Below are positions 46,801-58,800 of a stretch of DNA of 62,460 nt, in pieces (position 1 is the stretch's first letter; every line of letters starts with the position of its first letter). Source of the DNA: Hydrolagus affinis (Eukaryota). The notes below the pieces were generated by a model that saw only the letters and a program-made list of their open reading frames with translations, was not told where the DNA came from and did no database searches. The stretch lies in NCBI GenBank assembly GCA_012026655.1, contig JAAILG010001723.1:1-62460 (forward strand), given 5' to 3'. A program made the translations under genes and the position numbers.

Positions 46801-49800
46801 ACTGTAGCTGGGTTAATAGATGTCCCCAAGTCTAGGTGGATGTTGTCTCTGTGGGTAGGTGTCTATCTAGGTAGGACTGTGTCTAGGTTTGTTTAAAGGG
46901 AAGATGTGAGGAATTTCAGGGGTTGACCAGCTTACCAGGGTACAGTTTGCTGAATACTCAGCTGGGTTGATAAACTTGAGCTGGTACATCATCTTACACA
47001 GGATGATGACGCAGGTCCACACGGTAGAGATGCTGGAGGCCAGTGGACGGAATGAGGAATAAGGCAAGGCAAACACCCATAGGATAAGGAGCACATAGTT
47101 CATCAGAGAGACCTGAAAAGTAATCAGGCACACTCAGCGAGATGTCCCGAACTATCGAGCTACCAATGAGTGGGAACAAATTTAACCAGCTTCCAGGAAT
47201 GTATCGCACCCACCCATACCCTCCTCCACTAGCTCCCATCCCCCCAGATGATAGAGTTCAAATCCTCACCTTCAAACTTCTCCATGGCTCTGTGATCTGC
47301 TAACCCCCTGACCAGTCTGTCCACTTCCACTATTAGTGAGCTCCAGCCAGCTCCAGGTAACCTCTCCTTCCCCACCATTGGTGGTCTAACATTCAGCTTC
47401 TCTGCCCACAACCTCTGGAACTACAACACATACTCACCCCAGTTGACTTCACTCCCTATCTTGCTTCTTTCAAGGTCCGTCTCAAGACCCTCTTCATCAA
47501 CCGTGCCATTGTTCATTTTACCTTCCCTTTGACCCCACTAATTGGACTATACAAAAGTCACTGATCTGACCTTTCACTCAATGTGACCCCTCACTGCAAG
47601 ATTAAACATGAAATTTTTATTGAGGAACATGGCCTAGGGAAGGGAATTAAACCCTGGCCCTCGACCTTCTTGCTCACCTCTCTGAGTGTGGTCCAGATGA
47701 TACAGGAGGAGACTATCTTGATGATGTGAAGCTCCAGGAGTCTCCACACCAGGACTTGAGCTTTATGGGTCAGCTCCAAGAATCTCAGCAACAGGGAAGT
47801 CACTCGGTCAACCACCATGCTCCATGGCCTTGGGCATTCTGCTGCAACTGTGAGGAGAGGAAACAATCAAAATCCAAGAGAGAAACACACTTCAAAACAA
47901 TGTTGGGTTATGATGAGTTCATGAGCTCACCACAACCAATCCCTCATGAGCAGCACATGTAATACAATGACAGGCACTTGTTATATCTATAGTAAAACTC
48001 ACGTAAGTTGTAACAATCATTTAATATGACTTACACAAAGTCTGATTTGGAGGCAAACTGTTTAAATGATAGAAAATATGATTTAATTTACACCACAAGT
48101 GTATAATTCAATGCAGCCAGTAAGGCCACATGAGGTAACGGATCAAGACAACATTTCCCTCAATTCAATGCACCTTCACTCATCATCGCATGCGCACTTC
48201 CTGGCAAATTTTGGAGTCGCATTGAATCACTGGAAGTGAAGTACTTCTGTGCATGCAGCGACGGATCAAGACTTCCTTCGATTCAATGGAGCCGGTAAAT
48301 GCATGAGTAATGGAGGGTAGGGGGAGTGACATTACGAGTTAGGAGATGATTAATGTGAGTCGAGCATAGAAATCCAAGTGGTTTTGATAGGAATGGGACT
48401 TAAGTGTGACTTAGGCGGTTGTACAATTTTAAAGTACTGGTGGAGTCCTGTAGCTCAGTGGTTAGAGCACTCGCCTTACAAGCAAGAAACCTGGTTTTGA
48501 TTCTGGGCAGGGTGAAACCTTGGACAAGTTTCTTTATCCCACACATCTGATAATAATCCCTAAAAAAAAAGAAATTGATCATTTCAATCCACGTCTGTTT
48601 GTGGGACACTGCTGTGCGCAGTTGGCTGCCGCTTTTCGCCCACATATTTATAGTCAATTCACTTTCTAGTATATTCTGGTAAGCGCTTTGAGATGTCTAG
48701 AAGACAGGAAAAATGCAATGTCAAATGAAAGGATTATTATTAAAGATACAACATATAGGAGTTTTGCTGTATAACTAATACCACTGATGAGAGTGCAATT
48801 TCTGGCCTTTTATTGGACTGGATTTGACTGAAATTATGTGAATGACTGGATTTGAGTGACTGCAGTGAATGATTGCAGTTTGAGTGCTCTTGGACAGCCC
48901 AGCAACCAACCTGAGATCTTTGGCCCCTCTTCCTGGTCCAAATTTGGTTCCTTGTCTTGAAAGTCCAGGTTGTTTAAGGTATCGTTGCTGGACATTTTAA
49001 CATCATTCCTGTGGTTGGAGGCCACCCTGTGAATAGAAACCAGAAAAATGAAGAACAAGAGCAAAGGTTTGTTTTATTATCATTTGCAAGACTTATGGAT
49101 GGGGATTGTGCATAAACCTTGTATTTGGTATAACCCTTTCATATCAGGGGGATGTTACATAGGGATCCACACAAATTACTGTGTACTGTAGTGACTGTGT
49201 TTTTATAGGCGAACGTGGCAGCACATTTTGCCACAGCAATGCCCCCAAACAGCTACGAAGTGAATGACCAATTTTATTTGGGGGAATGGAAGAAAATGGC
49301 TACAACAGGGTTGTGCTGCTAAAGCTGGAGTTAAAGGATATTGTTGTGACAGCGGGAGTCTGTGCTGCTCTGGATAGTGCAGGGAACAGTTACCGTTGGC
49401 TGGAACATACTCAACAGAACCATCCTGGAACAAGGTCAAGTCACCAACTCTTTGGAAGCAGGGCTGGGGTTCTCCCTGTTCCTGGCTCAGGTTGAGCCTC
49501 CTGCACAGGCTCTGGCAGCTCTGATTGCACAAGGCCCAGGTCTGCTCCTCACTCACAGGCTGCTCCTGGACAATCAGCACAGCCTTCAGTGACCCAGAGT
49601 GTAGGAACCTCTCCCAGGCTTGGCCTGCACTCACCTGACAGACATTTATAGATTATATACATTTCAGTGGGTGTATGTGTGGAGGCAAATAGCTCAATTA
49701 GGCAATGTCCCACAAACAGCCATGGAGTGAGTGTCCAATATTTAGAAAGTCCTAATGTGTTTTTACAAAACTCACTTCAGCTGCACTTTCTCAATACTGG

Positions 49801-52800
49801 CTTTGATGCTGAAAACAAAAAAAAGACAGAATTAAATATTGAACTAACTCCAGTCAACATATTTTTGTGCGCATGATTAATTGGCACCATTTAATCCAGC
49901 TCGTTACAGGTAAACACCCAAATAAATAACTACAACATTAATTGAAATATTTAAAAGGGAGATGGGGATGCATCAGGAGTTGAATGTTACATAGTCCAGG
50001 CAATCTACATTTCACAACTTTGTATGTGAGGATTTCACTTCAAACTGGCTGTGCTCTATTGAATTACGGAGAAAAGTCGGGGAAATGAGTTGCAGAATTA
50101 TAAAGGACAATTTCAGGACAAACCCTCGGAAGTTTTTCTTTGCTTAGAAGTTAACTGACGACTGGAGTAAAGTTGGGAGGAAGGATGTTTGAGACTAGGA
50201 TACTGGACTAATTTAAGAAGCAACTTGATGCAGTGATGGGGAATGGTAGGGTGGATGTTCTGGAGGGATCAGTTCAGATGAGCCCAAGGACTTTCTTCAG
50301 CTGAACCAATCTTGTGAACTTGTGAGGAGATTAAAAGATCTTTCATGTCACAGTCTAATAAAATGGAGGAACAAGCTTGATAAGATGAACAGCTCCTAAA
50401 TACTTAAAATAACAACAATTTGTATTTATTTATTTAGTTCTCTTTACACAGGGTAGGCCTCTCTGAGCACTGTATAGAGGAGTGGGGACAGGATCCCTCA
50501 AATAGAAAGGAAGCCATGCTTTAAAAAGCAAATCGATTTCATTATTTTAAGCACCTCAATCAGATCAGAAACAGAGACTATCAGCCCAGGGAAACCCAAC
50601 TTCTCACCTACACCAATCTTCTGTACTCGGTGAAAGGGTGAGTCTATATGATTGACTTCAGACGTGTGAGCGAACACTTACCTCTGGGATAGGATGGTAA
50701 TACGACTCTGCACTTTGAGGTAGCTGAAAGAGGAGAGAAAAGAAATCGACATTAAAAAGGGAGAGAGGAGCACACAGCCTCACACTGATTTTCCCACTCG
50801 AAGTCACTGATGGTCAACCGGTGGGCCAATTTGTATCGTCCCTCTCTGACTTCCTCATCCACCAATCCACAACCTGGAGTGTCTGCTTGACTGGCACCGG
50901 CCTCCTCCTTATCGTTCACACTCTTCACTCCACCATTGGAGGTCACACATTTAGCCACTATGAGAGGGGTGACACAGCATCAAAGGAGGCCATTTGGATA
51001 ACCGAGTGTAATGGAATGCCGGGTGACTTTACCTGTACACAGTGTTGTCCTCCCGGGGAGTGATGTTCTTGCTGTCTGTGAGGCTGAGAAAATCCTCGTG
51101 AAAGTAATGGAGCTGCAGTATACAGGCCAGCAGGAAGGCTGAGGGCAGCAGGATTCTGGTGAAGAGCTCTGTTGTGTCATACTGCTCGAGGCCCATGTCA
51201 TTCAGACTACAAATGGCAGGTAAACACAACAACAAATTACATTTATACAGCGTCTTATCACATCATTGGCATACCTCAAAGCGCTTGACGGAGTACACTG
51301 TAAAGTAGAGTGACTGTGCATCTTGTAGGCAAACGCAGCAGTCAATTGCACTCAGCAGTGCCCCACAAATAGCCATAGAGTAAGTGACCAATTTTATTTG
51401 GGAGGGATTGTTGGCCAGGACACTGGGAAAGAGAAACTCCCTTCTCTTTTGGGATTTGAGCAACCAATTTCTACACGGCAACTTGCCACAAACAGCCAGA
51501 CGAATGGGGGAAACTCCTTTTCGAAAGGGGGCCATGAGATTTTTACCATCCAGCTGAACAGGCAGATGGGATCTCAGTTTAACGTCTCATCCGAAGAACA
51601 GATTTTTATTTTAATTGATCCTCGTGAACGTAGTTTAACACATTCCAAACATGTCGGTTTCAATGCTTGCATTCAAATCTAAACTCAGATAAGTCACTGC
51701 AGTTGACAGTGATCACGTGTGAGGTGCTCTGGCCACTGTTTTAACGTGACAAGGTGACGTGAAAACTCAGAGATTGTTTACCATCTTGCCGACCCTTCCC
51801 TTAAAACACAAAGCAATCCAGGCGCATGCGTACCTGTCCTGAGATATTCCCATTATTTGCTGGAGGAGACCAGAGACTGTTTTAAACTGATAAGCGTAGA
51901 TAGAGATAAGCACTCCCATTGAGTAAGAAACCACCGTGATCCAGAAATACTTCAGGATTCGTCGCCACCACTCGTAATGTATCTGGAAGCAGACAAACGG
52001 GAGTGGGCTGAGTGAGCTCTATGCAAAGGCTGGTTAGAGATCCTCAAACTCCTTGAAATTTGATACAGCGCTTTCACTTAAAAGAACTTGTCTCAAAGTG
52101 CTTTCACTGTGATTTTACTGTAAAGTGCAGTGACTGTGCATTTTGTATGCGAATGCCTACGGAAGAGATGTCAATAGGATCTGAATGTCCCACTTTTTAC
52201 CCCTCTTCTCATATCTTCAATGGATTGTGATTACTTGGTGCTATACAAATGTAATTTTTTTTTGTTATTGTTATATCCCAGTTGGCAGTAAATCAGCCTC
52301 CGAATTCCAAAGCTGTGTATCATTTGTGGATTGTCAATACACAAGGAATCCACTTTACAATATATTGAAGCTGTGAAGCACTTTGAGACATTTCAATGAC
52401 ATGGTGATACTCTATATCCAATGCAAGGATTACTATTATTATTTATAAGTGAGGAATCTCATTAACATCAGTAGAGGGTGATATTACTTCCTGTATTTAA
52501 CTCCCAATAACCTTCACCACTATGTTGAGCATTTACCTGGTACAGGGCCACACAGAAGAGGAAAAGCACGATGTAAAGGATCTTGTAGACCACCACTCTC
52601 CCATTGAAGCTAACAATGAAGAACATTGCACCACAGCAGTACATCCAGTACTTTACCAACAACCCTTTCACAAAGGAGCCCAACACTGAGATGAGTTCCC
52701 CTTCCTTCTGTGTGTTGTCTGCAGAGGAACAGAAAATGGGAAAGAGTTTATCCTGAAGTTTTGAATTGTTCAGATCTGCAATTCACAATTTTTCAAAGGG

Positions 52801-55800
52801 TGGGGTGGTGGGGATGTGGGGCTTTGCTCTTTGAGGACTTTAGTCTGGGAGTGTAAGTGCTAAGTTTACATTCACTACGTGTGGAGGGTTTTAGTCTGAC
52901 AGTGAATATTCCTTCAATCAAAGGAAGGATAGAGATATTGACAATCAGCGTTGCTTTTGTGATACTTTATAAACAGAACCGATTGCCATTATAGGAATCC
53001 AGCCAAAAAAATGAGATGGTCATTCAATTCATGTCAGTTTATGGGATACTGCTGTGCACAATTGGCTGCTGCACTTTGTCCAAAAAATATACAGTCAATC
53101 CACTTTACAATATATTCTGTGCAGCATTTTGAGATATCTCAATGATGTGATGATAAGATGCTATATCAAAACAAAGGATTATTATGATAGTGCCAGTGAG
53201 TCAAAATCCTAATGGGATAAAAAGAGTATTTGACACAGTAAATTAAAATGGATGAAGGATGCAATGTATGCACATTTTCTACAGTTTTTTCTCACCTGTC
53301 TCTTGCATGCTGACCTCACTGAGAGATGCCTGTGGCTGTGTTCTCATTTCCTCCTTTTCAGTCAAGTGCTGACGGAGTAACAGCCAGAAGATGAATGTAT
53401 AGAAAATCTGTAATACAACATGTGTAGAGCATTCCAAACTGGAATCCAATCCAGGAGTCCTTCACTCCCTCCTTCCTTCCTTCCTTCCTTCACTCCCTCC
53501 TTCCTTCCTTCCTTCCCTCCCTCCTTCCATCCCTCCCCTCTTTCAAGGTACTGTACATCGCAAACATACACTTTGACCATGAATTTGGTCATTTATTCCC
53601 TCAGTACCCATCTGCAGCTCGGGCACTCACAGTAATAATAATAATAATAATAATAAACTAGGAACAAAACATCTGAGTTTTCAGCAATCGACACTTGACG
53701 GTCACTTTTGCCAAATGTTGAAGTTAAGGTTAAAGTAACTAGAGTCATTAACATGCTGACTGTTGCTTCTTACAGACCTTGGCTCCCAAATCCACACAGG
53801 GTGCATAAGACCTCTTCAGGTCAAAGTCAATGAGGACAGCGTTGGTCACATCAGGGAACAGCTCAGCCTCATTCAGCTGTAAGCCAACAAAGAACTGTTG
53901 GGCAACAAGGAGGTTGCCATAGACCACCAGAAATGGAGAGCTCAGCTTTGCGTATCGCTGGCGGTCACGCAACATCCAAATAATACAGGACCAGATGAGC
54001 AGAGCGAAGGTCAGCCAGCTGTTGTAAGTGATGCTCCAGACCTGAGAAGAAACAGATTATTATTAATACAGATTCACAAACCAATTCTGATATGTGAACA
54101 TCTGTGAATATGATTCAGATTTTGGTACCAGTCAGGGTGTTTGTGCCAGTATCAGTGAGACGCACATCTGAGTTGCAAGTTATTGTGTTTATTGAGTTGC
54201 TTTTCACAATATTTTGGTGAGATTACACAGGAAGATTGAAATGGACAGAAGGAAGGAAACACAGAAACACTCACCATCATGGTTATCAGGGCACAGATAT
54301 AGCTTTGCTTCATGATGAATTGGCCAATTATCACTAAGCTGCTGGGCTTGTCACTCCCATCCTCCTTCAAGATCTCTGACTCAGTGTAGTCCTCTGTGGG
54401 AAGCCAAAGGAGAGAGAAGTGAATGCATAATCCAATCTCATCTGTGGAATACTTGTGTTTCCTATTCTTGCATCCTATATGTAGCACTGAGACCGAGGTA
54501 CTCCTGATTGGCCCTTGCCAACACCTCCGCACCTCAGGTACTGGCAGCATCAACATCCAGGGATGCTCACTCCACCTCACTAAGCCAGTCGGGAACCTGG
54601 GCATCTTGTTCAACTCTCAACTGTCCTTTCTCCTCCATACCCATGCCATGACCCACTCTGCCATTCCCCACCTTTGCAACATTGCCTAATTCTGCCACTT
54701 CCTCACATCTCAGGCTGCCGATATCCTTGCATTGAATGTCTCTCCAGATATATATCCAACAGATGAGATAACTCTCAGATGTGTTATGAGCACAGTAGGA
54801 AACATTGTTACTCAATTACTAAGTGCGTTTCCTGCCACTTACCCATGCTGTGTGTTACTTCTGTAATCTTATCCGAGTGGGAGGGATGTTGAGGGTTCAT
54901 CGGCGAGGAGAATATTTCTCCCGGCAGACAGTTATTGTTCCTCTGGGGCTTGTCGTGTGGAATGATGAGTTCTATTGTATTTCCACTTACAGGGTAAATC
55001 AATGGTTGCTGTGAATTAAATGTAATTTTAAAATCAAGGCACAATAGCCTTTAATAGCTGTACGTTTCAAGAGTTGTACTGAAAATCTATCCATTAAACC
55101 CCAACTTTAGGATTGAATATTGAAATAATATTATTATTGCAATAATAATTCTTGCATTTGATATAGCACCGCCTCACATTATTGAGACATCCCAAAGCGC
55201 TTCACAGGGTATATTGCAAAGTGGATTGAATGTGTAATTTGTAGACAAAGCACGGCAGCCAATTGAGCACAGCTGTGTCCTACAAACAGTCGTGGAGAAG
55301 ACATTTTGGTTCATCAACTAACTGTCTTCTCTCACAACTTGTGGAAAAATACCTGAACTTAGAGCCCACTTGAAAAGACTATCTGAAGGAGAGTGCCTAA
55401 AGACGCTTATTTTACGTGAATAGTAATAATCCTTGCATTTGATATAGTGCCTTATTGTTGAAATGTCTCAAAGTACTTTACAGATTTATTGTAAAGTACT
55501 TTGAGACATTTCAACAATAAGGCACTATATCAAACACAAGGATTATTATTACTCATTTATTTATATGGTTCTGTGTCTGAGTTGCCACTGAAAGCAATCC
55601 ATTGAATTCCATTTAGCTGCCTGCCAATTACTTGCTTTTAGGTATCTATCTGGTACCCGTTTGAAAGGTATTGCTACTGCTGGTGACATTATAAATTTCC
55701 AGATCAGGGAAATTAGCTCAGTTCATTCACACGCTCACCTTTTTCCCATCTGTTTCCACAATCCACAAATCTCTTTCTACATCAATATATTTTGACATGG

Positions 55801-58800
55801 AGTCTGCGCATTCAGGTTCCTCGTCTGGGGGATCAACCAGCTGTGGATTAGGGGAGGATTTAATAGACAGATAATCTTTGTTCATAACAACACAACAACC
55901 TGGATTCCATCTGACTCGGTCACGGCCACTCCGAGCTATAGTTGTACTAAGTGATGGCAAATATCCCACTACTGAACAACTGCTTTGTGTACAGTTATAG
56001 TAAAAGTAGTAACCCTTTCATTCGATGCATCATTTCACCAAGTTGGCAAGACATTGGAAAGAGATTCATAGGAGCCATTGTGAAAGTGCAGTCACTGAGC
56101 ATTTGTGGGCAAACGCCGCAGAATCTGGGTCCGCTCCCTTATGAGGCGAGCGCACCAGCCACTATGCTACAGGACTCCACCTGTGCCTTACCTGTGATTG
56201 AGTACTGAGTGCTAGGTGTCGGATGACGGTGGCCAGGGTGTAGTACAGCAGGAGCAGGCTGGCGAGGTTCAGGAGGACGGGCCAAGGCTGCGTCCCATGC
56301 GTCTGCAGTCTCCACGGCTCGGTGTCATTGGTGCTGATCAGCGCTGACATACCAAACAACCTGCAGCCAGAGGCATTCATCATGGACAAAGCAATCACAC
56401 GCCATTGTTCAAATTGGTTACAATAATAACTCGCAATCTTCTGACTAGGGGGCGAGAGCGCTACCACTATGCCAAGCTAACGTATCCCATTGAGCATCTT
56501 CCTGACATGATTGCTATGGTGTAAAGGTAAATTGTTACTGTCATTTGTACTGTATCGTGTTCTCTCCAAAATGCTGAGATCTTACCTGGCAACGAGGTGC
56601 TGGGGCGGCAGCACAGCCTGGATGGCGTGGAGCTGGTACAGGTAGAGGACGGTCAGATGTGTTGCGCTGATGATGGCCATGGTTACACACAGACAGCAGA
56701 AGAAGGTCAGACTGAATGCCCGTCGGCAAGCCCACCAGGACCCCAGTCCCAGGAATGTGAGGAAGTACACAGCCGAGGGCAGGGAAGGGAGGACGATACC
56801 TGGAGAGAACGAGGACTCACAGTCAAGGGCACAAAAGGACTTGTTTCTCTCCTCACTGAGAAGCGTATTGTGGTTACTGAGGGTGAGGAAGCGCTTGTTC
56901 CCTCCTTAAAGTACATGTAGAGGAGAATGGTCTTTATACATTTTTGTAGACATCTCAATGACATGATAAGGCACTATATCAAATGCAAGGATTATTATTA
57001 TATATCACTATTATTATTAAAGATTTTGCCTTTCTCTTGCCAAAGTCACTGACCTGCTAAACATAAGAGGAGTGTCACAAGAAGGGTCCCCGCTGTCGTC
57101 ACCAATGCTCCCACCATCTCTTTAAGGCCCAACATGATCAGCGTCACCTTCTCAACTAAGGTCGGCTTCTTTTCCTTTGGTTCTTCTGGCTCCTCCTCTT
57201 TATCTGCCTCATCATCTCCCTTCTCACTCTCCGCCTCCTCCTCAGAGCTGATCTCAGACTCTTCGTCACATTCAGCGTCGTCCATGTCTTCCTGAATGGT
57301 AGAAATGTTCCATTTGAACCTGTGCAAATTATCTTTTTAAGCATTTTGAGGTGGGGGGTGGGGGGGCGGTGGTCAGTCAGGTGTCTGGCACATGCAGAAA
57401 TCCATCACCGTGCTGAGAATTCCATGCATCCCACATGGAATTTCTATTCACAATTTCTATTCCTAGATGCATCCTATCTAGGAATAGAAATTATTGTAAT
57501 AATACTAATAGTTTTTGCATTTGGCACAGCACCTTACCACATCACAGAGATGTCTCAAATCACTTCACAGGATACAGTACACTGTAAAGTGAAGTGATTG
57601 TATTTTGTGGGTGAAAGAAGGCAGGCAGTTAGGTGCACAGCATTGTCCCACAACAGTCATGGAGTAAGTGATCAATTCTATTGGGGGGATTGTTGGCCAG
57701 GATACTGGGAAAGAGAAACTCCCTTCTCTTTTTGGACTGTGACATGGGATCCTTAACTGGCTAGTGGCTTCCATCTAAGTTGCTGAACCTTTTCCGCCTT
57801 TTCCTACGTACCTCTCGCTCTGGCTGATCCTGGGATGATTTTCCTCGGTCTGGCTTTGACGCTAGTCTTCTGCACATGGTGAGAAACGCCAAGCTTCCGA
57901 TCAGCATCCAGACATCCGGTGCAATCAGCCTGATGGCATTCCCGGGATCTGCCTCACTCAGTCTGTGCAGACACAAACTACTTACTTTTAAAGGTAACAT
58001 TCAGCTACAGCATTTCCGTACAAATCCCTTCACACCCTGGCACCTCCCTGTCTCTCCAACTTCCTTAATCCACATTCCACCACCTGTCACCTTCACTCAT
58101 CTGGCTTTGGGTTCCTGCTTGTCCCTTGTCTTCTCCACTCCACCATCGGTGGCCGTGCTTTATGCCAAAAAACTTTTGGAACTCTCTCGCTCAGCACGTC
58201 TGCCTGCCCCCTCTTTTCCTATTTTCAGAGCACGCCTGAAGACCTTCCTCTTCAACCATGCTTAGGGTCACCATCACTCACCTTGTTGTCGCCTCCCCCC
58301 ACCCAATGTGCCCTGAGATACAGGAACCATCAATTAATATTCAGCAGTGAACAGAGTATGTATTCTGCATGATGACTTGCTGTTGAGGCTTACCGCGTGA
58401 CTCCAATGTGCCAGAGTGCTGTCTCCCAGTCTGTTCCTGTCAGAAGAGAATTGAATAGATTAGATGATGAGATAGCATGTTGAGATGTTCATATGAATAA
58501 ATGTTTGAAGGTGGCAGGACAGGTAGTTAAAGCTATTTAAAAAAAATGCGTATAGAATACTAGGCTTTGAATTAGGGGCATAGAATACAAAAGTCAGGAA
58601 GTTATGATAAGCCTTCATAAAACACTGGTCAGGCTTCATCTAGACTAGAGTACTGTGTTCAGTTCTGGGCACTGCACTTTAGGAAGGATGTCAAGGCATT
58701 GGAGAGGATGCAAAGGAGATTTACCAGGATAGTACCAGGATTGAGGGACTTCAGTTATCAGGAAGAGGCTAGAGAAGCCAGGATTATTCTCCTTGGAACA

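Noticed and set aside
48440-48512. tRNA gene (also at about 23150, 27680, 39210, 59540 and 61570)
   Set aside because: A/B boxes are degenerate, there is no complete cloverleaf, and each is attached to a SINE body.
53768-53778. GTAAGA donor 4 nt beyond the modelled GTCTGT donor
   Set aside because: Using it frameshifts the conserved LGAK/IFYTF junction; AAG|GTCTGT keeps the frame.
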